Below are positions 26,150 to 39,629 of a stretch of DNA of 64,000 bases, one piece after another. The notes beneath the pieces are model-generated. The model was not told where the DNA came from and did no database searches. It saw only the letters and a program-made list of their open reading frames with translations. Origin of the DNA: Eledone cirrhosa (taxonomy: Eukaryota); assembly GCA_964016885.1 (NCBI GenBank), contig OZ024741.1, positions 369,024,001 through 369,088,000 on the forward strand, written 5' to 3'. The stretch's first letter is position 1, and every line of letters starts with the position of its first letter. The position numbers and the translations under genes were made by a program.

Positions 26150-26589
26150 GGGGAGACCCAAGATGACTTGGGATGAGGTGATAAAAGCTGACCTTACCCA
26201 ACTACACCTCTCAAAGTCAATGACACACGACCGTGACTTCTGGCGTCACGCAGTAATACAGGGTACCCGACCTCCCATGGGTACATGCTGAAGCATATAA
26301 ACAATATGCCCCCACTCCCCCCACCGCAAGGTGGTCGTGGAGGTGCCACGGCAAAAAAGCACCCAGCCCACACTGTAAAGTGGACGTGTAGGCGCCACGA
26401 AAAAGCACCCAGCACTCACTGTAAATGAGGTTGGTGTTAGGAAGGGCATCCAGCTGTAGAAATCAAGCCAGATCAGTTCCTGTATGAGCAAGGCATGGTC
26501 AGCCGACCAGACACTGCCCACAACAGGACAACCCGTCTAACCCATGCTAGCGTGGAAGAACGGACGTAAAACGGTGATGATGATGATGA
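26150..26589 (+). mobile_element. RTE subfamily A 3' fragment
   Basis: Near-identical to the reverse complement of 9313-9762. Confidence 0.93.
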
Positions 26590-26959
26590 AACTCCATTGT
26601 GTTTTGTTAATTATAAACTGTAAAAGGAACATGCAGAAATAATTGGATCCAATCATGGATGACACAAATCTGAATTTAACATCTCTTTACTTGATTACAG
26701 CTTCCAAAATTTCCTGGAAGCAATAATTTACATTGAGGTGGAAAGAAGCTGACAGGATGACAAGAGGATATTGTTTTAGTTTACTTAGACATTTACCATC
26801 TTTCACTTCAATATAATTGTAAATGTTATTGAATATTGAAGGGCATTTGAATTAGGAGATTGTAGTCAGTTGCTGGTGTTCTAGTGAAAAGTGGGGAAGA
26901 AAGTGAGTGGTGTAATGTACTATTGAGATATAATCTCAGTTTTCTGGTCATTAGTTGTC

Positions 26960-28330
26960 AGAGCCATCCTTTTATAATCTACAACTGTTGAGATAAACTT
27001 CTTGAGTATGAGCTACGAGAGGGCTGTCATCGGCATACTATAGCCCATTGAACTGCTCAGATCTCAGCTTAGTGGTGGCCTGCAGTCTTCAGATGTTGAA
27101 AATGTTCTTATCAAGTCAAAGATTTATAGTGACTCCCTCCTATTCTCCATTGTTCTGCATAACAATGTAGTCATACAGATGAAGAAAATATTGAACAGTA
27201 CAGGATTCAGCACACAAACTTGTTTCACCCCTGTTTTTATATTGAAGCACTTAAATTTCAGCCCTGTAATAACAACCTAGACCATAATACTCATGTGGAA
27301 ATGACATAAAAGATTCATGAACTTGGATGAACAACCAAACTTTTTGAGAACATCCCACAGAAGTTCCCAGTTTACTGTGTCAAAAGCCTTTAATAGATCC
27401 ACAAATGAACAAATCCTAATGTGGCTTCTTCATTTTCTCTGAAGCTGCCTTGCAACAAAGTTCATGCTGACAGTACCTCGGTCCCTTCAGAAGCCACACT
27501 GTGACTCTGGTGTGATGTGCTCCAGTATTGGACTGGTCTTTTAAGAAAAACTTTAGTCAGGACCTACCCTGCAACGGAGAGAAATGCTATACCTCTACTG
27601 TTTCAATAAATTTGTTTTGCTTGTTCTTGTATATGGTGATAGTGTTGGCATCCTTCCAATATTAAGGTATATATTCCTAATTCTATACTTCTGAGATGTG
27701 GTGATGAGCGCTCAACAGCACTATCTTCAGCCAAGGTTGGTAGTTCATCAATGTGGTGGATGATGGGCATTTTACAAAAATCTTCCATGATTGTCTAATT
27801 AAGAGGCTTGGCTTGGTTTAGGATCTGGTTGATATGTTATCTCTGGTGTACAACTATTGTTGACAGGTTTCTCAGTATGAAGGAACACTCTCATGACCTG
27901 ACAGGTTCCACACAATAATTTCCAAGATCATATACAGTTTTTATAACATCATAAAAACTATGTAAATCATGAGTCTGAGTACCTCTGAATTTCCAGAGGT
28001 TTTGCAGTCCACCATTCATTTTTTAAAGATACAAAGGGTGGACTGAGTTTCACTCCGAAGAACTCACCTTTGTTTTTTTAGAATGTGTGATGATGGGTTT
28101 TTGAGAGTTGCTTTGTGGACATTGAGCTAACTGATTTTACTGGAGTTCTCATCAAACCAGCCTTGGTGTTTTTTCAATTTGAATGTGATAGTTTCAGGAG
28201 TAGCATCAAACAGTAGAAGTTAAGGAAGACTATTTGTCATCCATACCAGCCTCTGAAGTGATGAGTGACTTTGAAACTTTTAGTTTGATAACTAGAGAGT
28301 AAAAAAGGTTGTTGCAAATTGATTGGAAAG
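26960..28330 (-). mobile_element. Highly degenerate RTE (BovB-like) LINE
   Basis: Minus strand ESQCGF..RGT...FVARQLQ, FVDLLKAFDTVN, KFGC..KF, TGVKQVCVLNP.LFNIF. Confidence 0.78.
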
Positions 28331-28339
28331 CTTACAGCC

Positions 28340-29230
28340 ACATACTCACATTCCACGCACACATACAGGCTACCCTTACACACCTGTTAACTACCACTCG
28401 CCTGTCTGCTCCCTACCCTTTTGACTACTCATCTCCTCCCTTCCCTCTCTTGCACACTTCACCCTGCCATCTCCACCCCTTACCTTGACCATCTTGACCA
28501 TTTCCTGTTGTGCGCGCTCCACAACTTTCTACTTCCTCCTCACCAATTCCACAGGCCCTACCACTCTGGTTACACATCCGGATATCTACGAAGATTACTA
28601 CCCGGAGCCTCGCCATCCTTCTACACACACACACCGGAAAACTATTCAGGAACACAAACACTTACACCATTTTCACACACATGCAGCCATACATTCCCAC
28701 GTATCCACATCACACAAAAACACACGTGTGTATCCTCACATACACCCACTCCGCCTCTGGATTCCACACGCTCTCCCCCACCCAATCCACACACACACAC
28801 AGACTTATATACACTTCACCCCAACGTACACAATGGTTTTCCAAAACCCAAGCATGCAATCCGCTCTCCCCCGGACTCTCACACATACATCCACGCATAC
28901 ACCTGCACACACACACACACACACCAACTTCCGCCCTCCCTGCTCGAACCCTTTTTTTCCTTCTCCCCTCTCCCCATACCACCACCTCTACATGTCTCAT
29001 ATCTTTTCACCACTTGTTTTTAACTTTTATTTTCCAACTCATGAGTTATTTTTATTTTTATTTTTTTCCAGTAACTACCCCCTCAATCCCTCGTGTAGTT
29101 CCTCCTCCTCCTCCTTCCCACCACTCTCCTGATGAAGGGCTTCTGCCCGAAACGTCGCACCCACACCCCCACTCTCAATAAGCATGAACCTAATACCTTT
29201 CGTAACTATTACTCCTGTCTTGTTTTTTAC
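28340..29230 (+). mobile_element. Possible Penelope-like element remnant (C/A-rich, ends in a hammerhead core)
   Basis: Compositionally distinct block followed by CTGATGA..GAAACGTC; no convincing RT or GIY-YIG translation. Confidence 0.35.
29122..29162 (+). ncRNA. Minimal type-I hammerhead ribozyme core
   Basis: CTGATGA-a-gggc-ttct-gccc-GAAAC-GTC; stem I poorly paired. Confidence 0.55.
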
Positions 29231-29453
29231 TTTCCCAAATATATATATATATATACAAATATGATAATAGAGCATTACAAATCTGATAATATCTATATTA
29301 TTATACTAAAATACTGCATTAGTGTTTCAAAAAGAAAAAAAAAGAAGAAACAAGTAGCTTATTATGTAGTCATTTATAACTTTTGTATTTAGTTGAAATT
29401 AAATTTTAGTTTTCTACTGAACTTTTGTTCAAATTTTAATTTCAGATTTTAAA

Positions 29454-29623
29454 TACCGTATTTTCCGGCGCCGAAGATGCTTCGTCCGCGAGGACGCACT
29501 CTAATTTTGACAATCAAAAATTTGAAAAAAATAATAAACAACCTTCGGCCTCCATGACGCATGGTAGATTTTTGAGACTTATTTTAGGAAAAAAGTAGCG
29601 TCTTCGACGCCAGGGAATACGTC
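29454..29623. mobile_element. pogo-type MITE
   Basis: taccgtattttccggcgccgaaga / tcttcgacgccagggaatacg; termini resemble the TIRs at 23152. Confidence 0.7.
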
Positions 29624-29914
29624 GAAAAAAAATACTCCCAAGCTATGTAGCTAGTAAGAGTGTCAGACACCATCAGTTGTGGCCTTTTACAGTCCGAGTT
29701 AAGACAATTGGTCTTTTCCACCATCAATTGTTAAAAAACAAGTTAAAATCATTTAGTCGTCCATTCGTTAGGTTTAGTTACACACACATCTACATGTAAA
29801 TATATAAACAGATGTAGACAACAGGAGTGCAAACCCACACACATCTACTCATACATATTCATGAATAGACACATACAAAATAATTATTACATACACACAA
29901 ATCTAAGAATGATT

Positions 29915-32065
29915 GAGGAAAGAAGGGGCTGGTGAGACAATATAGTGATATGTGTGAAGCTAGACGTCAGGTGTACTTAGCACGCAGGGAGACTGAGAGT
30001 ATGAGGTTTGCCAATGTTCTGCAACGGGAGGATCAGAGACGTGCGGTGTTCCGCATTGCAAGGCAGTGTGTCAATGCAAATCAGGATGTTGTTGATGTAC
30101 TTAGTGTCACGAATGATCAGAAAAAGGAGGCCTGGAAATGTCATTATGAGAGACTGATGAATGTGGAGACCGAATGGGAGAGAGAGAAATTACCCCTAGT
30201 AGATCCGACAGAGGGACCAGCTATTGAGATTGACGAATATAGGGTCCAAGAGGCAATTAAGGAAATGAAAAATGGTAAGGCCGCTGGACCGTCGGGGATA
30301 GTTGCTGAGATGCTGAAGGCATCAGGGACGTAGGCACTAAATTGGTTGCACACATCATCAATCAAGCTATATAAGGTGGTGTCATACGCAAAGACTGGTG
30401 CAGCAGTATTCTCATAAATTGCTTCAAAGGTGAAGGGGATGCTCTGGAGAGGAGAAATTATAGGGGCATAAAACTGATGAATCAGGTTATGAAAGTGGCA
30501 GAAAGGATTATAACAGGATACTGGGTTGTATGAACATAACAAGACACTAGGTTGTATGTACAATGTTTATTTAACAAGGTTGAGCTATGTAGAGCAGAAT
30601 AGTTGACATGCCAAGAGAGATGAAAGGATGAATTAAAGTTATTTGTTACCGTTTTGAAGTCATCGCGCAAGAGACCAAGAGGTCTTTACATTACCATGTT
30701 CAGGTTGCCAGAGAGTATACCCTCTGACAGAACGCGCCTGGCCGAAGGGTCAGGCAGGTTAAAAGAGAAGGAGATAGCTCTCAGCTCTCTCCTTTATAGG
30801 GTCCCTGGACAGAAGTGACAAAGGAGGTTCTGCCACATCAACGGGAGGCAACTCCAGCTACTTCCTGTCTAAAGAGCGCTACTGGTGATTGGATCGTCAC
30901 AACAAGGGAGGCAACTCTTGCTACAGGATATTAGCGCAACTAATTAGAGAAAGGGTCAAACTAGATGAGATGCAGTTTAGTTTTGTGCCTGGGAAAAGTA
31001 CAACAGATGCCCTCTTCTTAGTGAGACAACTACAAGAGGGGTTCTTAGAGAAGAATAAGCCACTATACTTAGCTTTTGTTGATATAGAGAAGGCCTTTGA
31101 TAGGGAACCCCGATCTGTCATCTGGTGGTCCCTAAGGAAACTAGGTCTTGAGGAATGGCTTGTGAGGACAGAGCAAGCTTTGTACAGAGGTGCTGTCAGT
31201 AAAGTCAGGGTAGGAATGGAGTTAAGTGAGAAATTCCAGATACAAGTAGGAGTACACCAAGGATCGGTCGCAGCCCGCTATTGTCCATTTTAGTCCCCCA
31301 AGCCATAACAGAGAGGTTTAAGACTGGCTGTCCATTGGAACTTCTCTATGCTGACGATCTGGTTCTTATAGCAGAATCAGTAGAGGAGCTAAAGAATAAA
31401 TTCTGGCTATGGAACTGGCATAAATTCTATATCTTGGGTACCCAAGAGAGTGGTATAGCAGGCAAACTAACAGGTAGGGAAAACTACGTATGCAGTAGAT
31501 GTACAGGGAAATTTGACAGTAGAAGTCGCATTGATAGATATATTTTTCAAATTCAGGTGGGTGCTATAGAAGTGGTTAATAGCTTCCGGTACCTAGGTGA
31601 TCAGATTAGCAGGGGAGGGGGTCCGAGACCATAGTATCTAGAACAAGGACGTGTTGGAAGAAGTTTAGGGAGCTACTTCCACTGCTGACAAAGAAGGGTT
31701 TCTCCATGCGTACGAAAGGCCGGTTATATGATGCCTGCGTGAGGTGCGTGATGCTGCATGGAAGTGAGACATGGGCAGCAACTGCAGAGGATATGCGACA
31801 GCTGGAGAGAAATGAAGCAAGCATGCTCCGTTGGATGTGCAATGTCAATGTACGTGAACGACCGAGCATGGATGTGTTGAGAGAGATAACTGTGTTTAAG
31901 AGGAATAAGTTGTAGTGTGGGGGAGAGAAGACTGCGGTGATATGGACATGTGATGCGCATGGAGGATGACCGCTGGGTAAAGAAGTGCCAGTAGAAGGAA
32001 GATGCAGTAGAGGAAGACCACTAAAAACATGGTCAGAGGTGGTGAAAGATTTTGTATATTTAACT
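29915..32065 (+). mobile_element. Degenerate RTE LINE split by a solo LTR
   Basis: KNGKAAGPSGIVAEMLK, QFSFVPGKSTTD, FVDIEKAFD, LLYADD, MLHGSETW; stops and frameshifts. Confidence 0.92.
30509..30925 (-). mobile_element. Solo LTR
   Basis: 417 bp; termini tataacagga/tcttgctaca (TG..CA-like); GGAT duplicated on both sides; removal restores LINE codons ERILAQL; TATAAA and AATAAA on the minus strand. Confidence 0.8.
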
Positions 32066-32528
32066 AAGATTGACAATCACCTAATATTTTGTTTTTATTC
32101 GTCTGTGTTTTTTTGTTGTTTTTTTCCCCCGCACTGTGGTGAGATGTACTGTCTTTAATGTGTTCGAAACATCTGTGATCCACAGAAGACAGCTGATGAG
32201 CAGGAATTGTCCTTGTGTTTACATTTGTGTTTCTCTTATGTTTTCTAAATAATATTTATTAGTAACCACACAGCGCCTTTGTTACTTTTTAATATATATA
32301 TAAAATTTCCCAAATGGTTGACTGAATACGCACGTGTGTGTTTTCTCCCCTTTTCCCCCCATTCCTTCCTCTTCTTGCTTTATCTTCTATTTCTAACTCT
32401 ATCTTCTGATGAAGGACTAGTGTCCAAGTGTTGAGACTCTTTTCCTGCTATTTCAAGCATTAAACTAATATTTAATTGTTTACTTTTTACGCATATATAT
32501 GTGTGTGTGCAGGTCCACTGTCTGTATA

Positions 32529-32742
32529 CATCATCACCGTTTTACGTCCATTCTTCCACACTAGCATGGGTTAGACGGGTTGTCCTGTTGTGGGCAGTTC
32601 CCGGTCAGCTGACCAAGTCTTGCTCATACGGGAACTGATTCTGGCTTGATTTCTACAGATGGATGCCCTTCCTAACACCAACCTCATTTACAGTCAGTGC
32701 TGGGTGCTTTTTTTCCGTGGAGCCTACACGTCCACTTTACAG
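32529..32742 (-). mobile_element. RTE subfamily A 3' tail
   Basis: Matches 9330-9540. Confidence 0.88.
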
Positions 32743-33382
32743 GTTTTTAAAAAAATTCAGGAGAGAAAACCTAGAAAAATGACCGATTTTCCAACCTCAA
32801 TCCCTACCCATTTATTATATGGAACCCGAGAGCATACTATAAGTTTTTAATTTTAGTAAATACAGCATGATACGAATTAGGTCTTAAGGGGAGTCAATCC
32901 TTCACGTATTGGCTTCGTGCCCCAAGAGTTATCGACCTTGTATTATAATAATAATAATAATGAAATTATAAATTTACTTATCTTAAATCTCTAGTAGAAT
33001 TAATCGTTTCTACTATTGGCACAAGGCCAGCAATTACTCGGCGGGATTTGAACTCAGAATGGCAAGGGCCCTAACTCTATGCGTCAAAGCATGGCGTCTG
33101 ACCCTCTACCGATACTGCCAATTCACTTGTAGAATTAATGGTTACGGGTTATTCTAAGCAGGTTAGGGTAGAGATAAGGTCAGGGTTCTGTTAGTGAGGG
33201 TTTGGCGTTAGGTGCTCAGATTCTTTCACATAACAACAAAGAATAAATAAAGAAAAATTATTTCTTAACAGATCTAAACCAAAATTAAATATGTAATCTA
33301 TCCATTAGATTATTCATAAGGACCTATTGACTAAGCTCATACACATATACAGACAGATTTACACATTTGCACACATACACGC

Positions 33383-33444
<62 letters not shown>

Positions 33445-33482
33445 ATAATAATAAATTTGAAGACTAAAACCCAAAGAGGTCT

Positions 33483-33665
33483 CATCATCATCATCATCAA
33501 CGTTTAACCTCCGTGTTCCACGCTTGCATGGGTTTGGACGGGGGTTTTCCCACTTGAGGCAAGAGTGATTGTCTTGCTAGCATAGGACTGTCTGGCGGGT
33601 TTTCTACAGCTGGATGCCCTTCCTAACACCAACCACATTTACAGTGGGAGGTTTTTACCGTGTAA
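33483..33665 (-). mobile_element. RTE subfamily B 3' tail
   Basis: Reverse complement of 35920-36110. Confidence 0.88.
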
Positions 33666-33979
33666 ACCACGTAATAGAATATTAGTCTACGACTTCATTT
33701 ATACCATAAACGTGGTTTTGTCTTTGCGTGTAATTGTTTTCACCGCTCCAAATAATGACGTATTATCTTCGTTTTTTCCTCGTTCTTTGACAGGGAACGT
33801 TTCCACGAACCAAAGTATCGTCTTCCTGTCTTCCTTTGGTTGCAACGTTTTTTGAAATATTTACTTCTGCGTTCACAGATTGACTTTTTTAGTTTCAGAA
33901 GATCCCGTTAAGGGTGAAAGGAGCGATTCTTTGCTTAAACTTTAATCTGTTATTTTAATATATATATATATATATATAT

Positions 33980-34125
33980 GATAGAGTTAGAAACTCAAAA
34001 TAGTCCTTTACAATTAAATAGCTCAAAGAAGGGAATCTTTCCGAGCCATGTAATATAATTGAATATATGAGAGGGATGAACACATATTTAATTCTAAAAG
34101 ACTATTTTGAGTTTCTAACTCAATC
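33980..34125. repeat. Inverted repeat (~40-bp arms)
   Basis: gagttagaaactcaaaatagtc / gactattttgagtttctaactc. Confidence 0.85.
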
Positions 34126-34547
34126 TATGATATTCTCGGCTCCTTATGTAGAGCTAACTTAAGTCTCATAAACCTGGCTGCTATTTTTAGTGGCATGAGT
34201 ATGAGACACGTTAGGCGCTGCGACATGTGCTTTTATATCAGCATATCGTTCAGTCTTCTTAGATTCATTGAAGTGAAAGGTACAAATTTCCTGGATACCC
34301 GCAGAAGAGCACAGGAAAGGTGGCTTTCACTTAATAATTCTTGTGAAACAGATTTTAGATCTGTCTGGGTATCAAAGGTTGTTGCTCGATATGGGTTTGT
34401 TATTTTTATTGATTTATTACTTTAAATCGAGTCAGGCAAACCATATTGTTTTAAATTAGTATTTTTTCAACCTAGTTAACTTGGTCATTTGCAAATGGAA
34501 CACATGTATACTTATATCTGTGTTCATACCCTTTCATATATTCAATT

Positions 34548-34580
<33 letters not shown>

Positions 34581-34769
34581 CACTCTCTCTCTCTCACACA
34601 TACACCACAAAATAAAAAAAGAAATTATTCATATACTTATTTTCCAAAAATAACTCCTCTCCAAATTCATGATTGAAAGCCATCACTAATACTATACTGT
34701 TTTTTTTTAATTACCCACCACAAAAAGACCTGTGACAAACAAACTAAAACACACACACCACACTGCAAA

Positions 34770-34837
<68 letters not shown>

Positions 34838-34843
<6 letters not shown>

Positions 34844-36112
34844 CAAAAGGCCTTAAAATTAACCTGGCTAAGACTAAAGTTCTAGTTTGTAAGAAAGAAA
34901 ATAAGGCGGCGGTCCCCTCCGGGAAGTGGCCATGCTCAGAGTGTAGGAAAGGCGTAGGTAGAAACTCCATTTTGTGTCCCAAATGCAAAGTTTGGGTGCA
35001 TAAAAGATGTAGTGGGATCACAGGTAAGCTAACTAAGAACATAGATTTTACATGTGGCCGGTGTTCTGGGGCAATAAGTAGCAGCAAGTGCCCAAAAAAT
35101 ACTAGCTCTTTCAACTGCGCAGAGGGTTCTATAGAAATAGTGGACAGCTTCCGTTACCTGGGTGACAAAATCAGCAGTGGGGGAGGGTGCTCTGAAAGTA
35201 CAGTAGCTAGAGTCAGAACTGGGTGGAAAAAGTTCAGAGAGCTCATACCACTATTAGCTGCTAAAGGGTTCTCCCTAAAAATGAAAGGCAGGTTGTACGA
35301 TGCCTGCATACGAACAGTAATGTTGCACGGCAGTGAGACCTGGGCATTGTGTGCAGAGGATATACGCAGACTAGAGAGAAACGAAGCTTGCATGCTCCGC
35401 TGGATGTGTAATAGTAATATACGTGAACGGCAAAGCATAAACGAACTAAGGAAAAAATTAGAAATAAGAGGGATCAGATGTTGTTTACTCGAGAGAAGGC
35501 TACGTTGGTATGGTCACGTGATGCGCATGAAGGACGATAGCTGTATAACAAAGTGCAGGGCAATAAAGATAGACGGTAGCCACGGAATAGGCAGACCCAG
35601 AAAAACCTGGGACGAGCTGATAAATTCCGACCTCACACACTTACACCTCACCAAGACAATGTCACTGGACCGAGACCTTTGGCGGTACTCAGTAATAGAG
35701 AAGACCCGCCTTACCTAAATACAAAGTAAAACCTACTACAGTCAGTAGGTATCTCTAACAAAATACACCCCCGTCCCACCACCACCACCCCATCCACACC
35801 GCCCCTTTCAATGTAAAGTTATGTTGGTGCCACAACATCCAGGCCGAAACAAATGAGATCGTGTAGGTGTCACGACAAAAAAACACACAGTTCACGCTGT
35901 AATGTGGCCGTGTAGGCAACACGGTAAAAACCTCCCAGCCCGACACTGTAAATGTGGTTGGTGTTAGGAAGGGCATCCAGCTGTAGAAAACCCGCCAGAT
36001 AGTCCTATGCGAGCAAGATAACCACTCTTGCCTCAAGTGGGAAAACCCTCCGTCCAAACCCATGCAAGCATGGAACACGGACGTTAAACGATGATGATGA
36101 TGATGATGATGA

Positions 36113-36114
<2 letters not shown>
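34838..36114 (+). mobile_element. Young 5'-truncated RTE LINE, subfamily B, inside a (TA)n tract
   Basis: Open frame ESKGLKIN..PHD..FRYLGD..GRPRKTW to the stop at 35718; 3' UTR; (GAT)n tail; (TA)n on both sides. Confidence 0.95.
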
Positions 36115-36162
<48 letters not shown>

Positions 36163-38802
36163 GCACATATATATATCATCATCAACATCATCACCGATAT
36201 ATATACCTAAATAACCCTTTTTTCTTCCCCCCCCCAAAAAAAAATATAACACACACATATTTATATACACACTCATACCCTCTAAAACCATATTCCTAAA
36301 ATAGAATTTCTTTTACAATCCTATACTTTTGTAGTGACCTACATTCTGAGGGCTCATGGATACATTCTCCATACGTTGTTTGGCTCAGTTCAGCCAATCG
36401 CTACCGGCGTAGGGAGATGTATCTCGACTTCCGCCCAGAGGGAAAAATTCCCGTTTCTTTTCAATAAACTTTCTCTCTTGCATCTCGACACCAGAAGGTA
36501 ATCATCTCTTGATTTTGTTCCTCAACACTCCAAAATGAAACTACCAGAATTCTCTGCGGCTTTGGCTTCTTATTTCAGCCACTTCACTGCGTCTAAATTT
36601 GTTTTATTTCATTTCTTATGACATGTCATCACAGCTAACTCAACTTCTCATCTTTGTAAATAAATTATATATAAAAAAAACGTTGTAATGCCTTATGATA
36701 ATATTTGCCACAACATTCCCTTGGACTGCTTCGGTTACTCTCTGTGATACAATACACAAACAAATATTAACATTCATAACACAACATATATCCATAAAAC
36801 TCTCTCCTATTAACTATCCTCTTAACCTATTTTTAAACTTTTGACAATCACATATACCTCTCTCCTCTATAGCAATTGTCTCTAGCTTACATTTCCCCCT
36901 CTTCGCCACCCCCATCTGAACACTTGACCAGTCCTTTAACATAATTGAGATACACACATATAAACAGAAACATTTCCGCTCTCTAAAAATAATTTTGTTC
37001 TGTGAAAAGACACAACTACCAGTACTACTACTACTACTACTACTACTACTATGACTACTTCTGTCTCTATATACATAAGGTTCCATTTTAGACCAGTCTC
37101 CTTCTCAACATGAAAGATGAACAGACCTTCTTCAACACTTAATTTTAAATTTTAAAAAGATTAGATTAGGTACAACATATCTCTATGAAGTAACTACAAG
37201 GGTTGGAGTCAAAAAGGGCATCAGACTGTAAAATATTGCCTCAAAATGTCCTGTCCAACCAATGCTAGCATGAAAAATGATGTGGGTGAAAATGATGGAA
37301 AGTGCATAAAATCATGCATAAAATGAAAAAATATCTAAAACTATAACAACATAAACAAATGTAATATTTTAAACAAAGAATGGAAAAGAAAGGAGCTGAT
37401 CATCAGATTGAATCAAGGAAACAATGTTCCCATTGGTTTTTCTATTGTTGATACTATCTGCTGGTCACAACTCCAGAAATAAAAATGCAGGTTTAACTGA
37501 CCTCCTATGACATCACAACTCCTAGTAGAAGAATCACCAATTTTCTAGTAACAGGAGGCAGGATTTGAACTCAGGATGCACAAAGCTGACCTTGGCAGGA
37601 TTGAAACTCAAAGTAGAATATGCCAGTTCAAATACTGAGAAATTTAACGGGTCTGCCAATTCAGCAGAGTTCAAATCTCACTGAGGTCAACTTTACCTTC
37701 TATCTTTTCAAGGTCAATAAATAAATTACCAGTTCAAGAATGGTGGACTGGAGGAATCATTAAACAGCTAGGCAGGATGATTTGTGGTATCTGATCTGAC
37801 TCTTTGCATTCTGAGTTCCGAATGCAAAGAGTTCCGAACTTACAGCTGGCAGATAGTAACAGCAGTAGAAGAAACATTATTTCCTTGGTCTGACCTGATA
37901 ATCGTGCTTCTTTCCTTTCCTATTTTAAACAAATAATTTTTTTCCAATTGATATAAATTTGTGAAATTTTTAGCAGAAAAATAATATTATGCCGTGTTGG
38001 CATAATAAGAATAAGAATAATTATTGTTATGGTAGCACACGAGGTATTGAAGTATCAATGAATGTAACATTTTGTTAAGTGTTAAGTGTTAGCCAGTTGT
38101 GTCTGTATTAAAGAGGAATGTAAGAAGAAGTGAAGTTCGGTTGTAAGTCCTGTAGCCACAAAAGAAGTATAAAGCTGTTGTTATGATAAATACCTTGGGA
38201 AAAGGATTCTTTCCATATTAAGTCCAGAGGCGATGTCTGTGATAAAACATTATAACACCCGATAACATTTTTACATGTTTTTATTTAAAAACCGATTACA
38301 AAGTTGAGTTGACATGCCATTTAAAAAGGAACAAACAAATTAAGAATTAAGAAGTAAAGGAAGGCGCTGTGCCTGGTCGAATGAAGCTGACAGGCCGTAA
38401 TGAAACTTTAACGCTACATGATGGCAAGTGTTGACTGCTACAAATTAATTAATTTGTAAACTGAAAGCAAATTTCATGCTTTCATTTTGCTTATCACAGA
38501 TATTAAGCTCCAAGTATTGCATATCGTATTTGGAGTTAGCAGAAAGGCATTTGCCACTGGCTTCATTGTACAACATCGATGGCACAGACTGAAGAGAGAA
38601 AAGTTAAAATATATCATTCGATTTATGCTCAGTTTTGAATAAAATGTTTGAAATCGAAACAAAAAGATCTATACTTTTTCATGTTACATACATTTTAGGC
38701 TTTTTATAAAAATACATATTATAAAGATTTCAGTACTTATTTAAACTTAAAAGTGAATATTTCAATATTTTATATTTGTGGATAAGAAAAGGAATTTGAT
38801 CC

Positions 38803-39150
38803 TGTCGTGACCCCTAGCGGTCGAGAACTCAGAAGTAATGCGAGTTACGGCCTTTGGGGACTGTAGTGACCCCTAGTGTCAACAACAATCTCTCTTACAA
38901 GGCCAACAGTCCTGGAATCAAGATGCAACTCTGTCTTCTCCGACTTTTAATTCACCTACTCCAGTGAACATGCTAACTATGGTGGCAGCCTACAACAGCC
39001 TCATGAACAAACAACGAATAACATCGTCAACCTTCGCAACTCGTGGTAATATGTTTATTGTCCTCTTTTGACTCAAGTGAAGTAAACCTTTTTATATATA
39101 AAGTAAATTGGCCATTCTTATTCTTTCAACGACATCTGTACTAATACCAT
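38803..39150 (+). repeat. 5' LTR (right boundary approximate)
   Basis: Direct repeat of the 43586-43990 sequence, with a deletion; starts TGT. Confidence 0.85.
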
Positions 39151-39629
39151 TTACTAAAGTAGTGACAAAGCGGTTGGAATTAAATGTTGGTTTTAAAAAA
39201 AAAATAGAAAAAAAAATACGAAGTGGTATTATATAAAAAAAAATTAATAGAAAACAACACACTTTTTGATTCTGATATGGCTTCATTTACCGATCACATA
39301 AGGAAGAGAAAACTGAACTTTATGTTAACAATTATGTAAATATTTTTTTTTCTTCTTTCCCTTGCTCAAATTTGTGAAGATGTCAAGATGGCTTTCTTCT
39401 TCATCAATTTTTTTGGCGCGAAACTTTGCACCATGTTGGTTTTTGTTTTAGGTTCTCTGTAAATGTATTGATAATGCCATTGTTTGCTTAGTCGCTCACT
39501 TACACATTATTTCGGATGCATTCTTTTTCCTGTCCGGTTGTTTGACAAGTGGGTTTATTTTCTTTTTTCCTTGTGTTCGAGGTATTTCTTTTTTTTCGGA
39601 GACGCATTTTGCCGCTTACTGAGATTGCA

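Noticed and set aside
28421-29181. Three overlapping ~200-aa ORFs as a gene
   Set aside because: C/A-rich low-complexity sequence depleted of stops in all frames; no domain recognised
29908-29928. Single 20/21 match to the 41-bp unit as the array's source
   Set aside because: Short, purine-rich and at the edge of a LINE fragment; chance cannot be excluded
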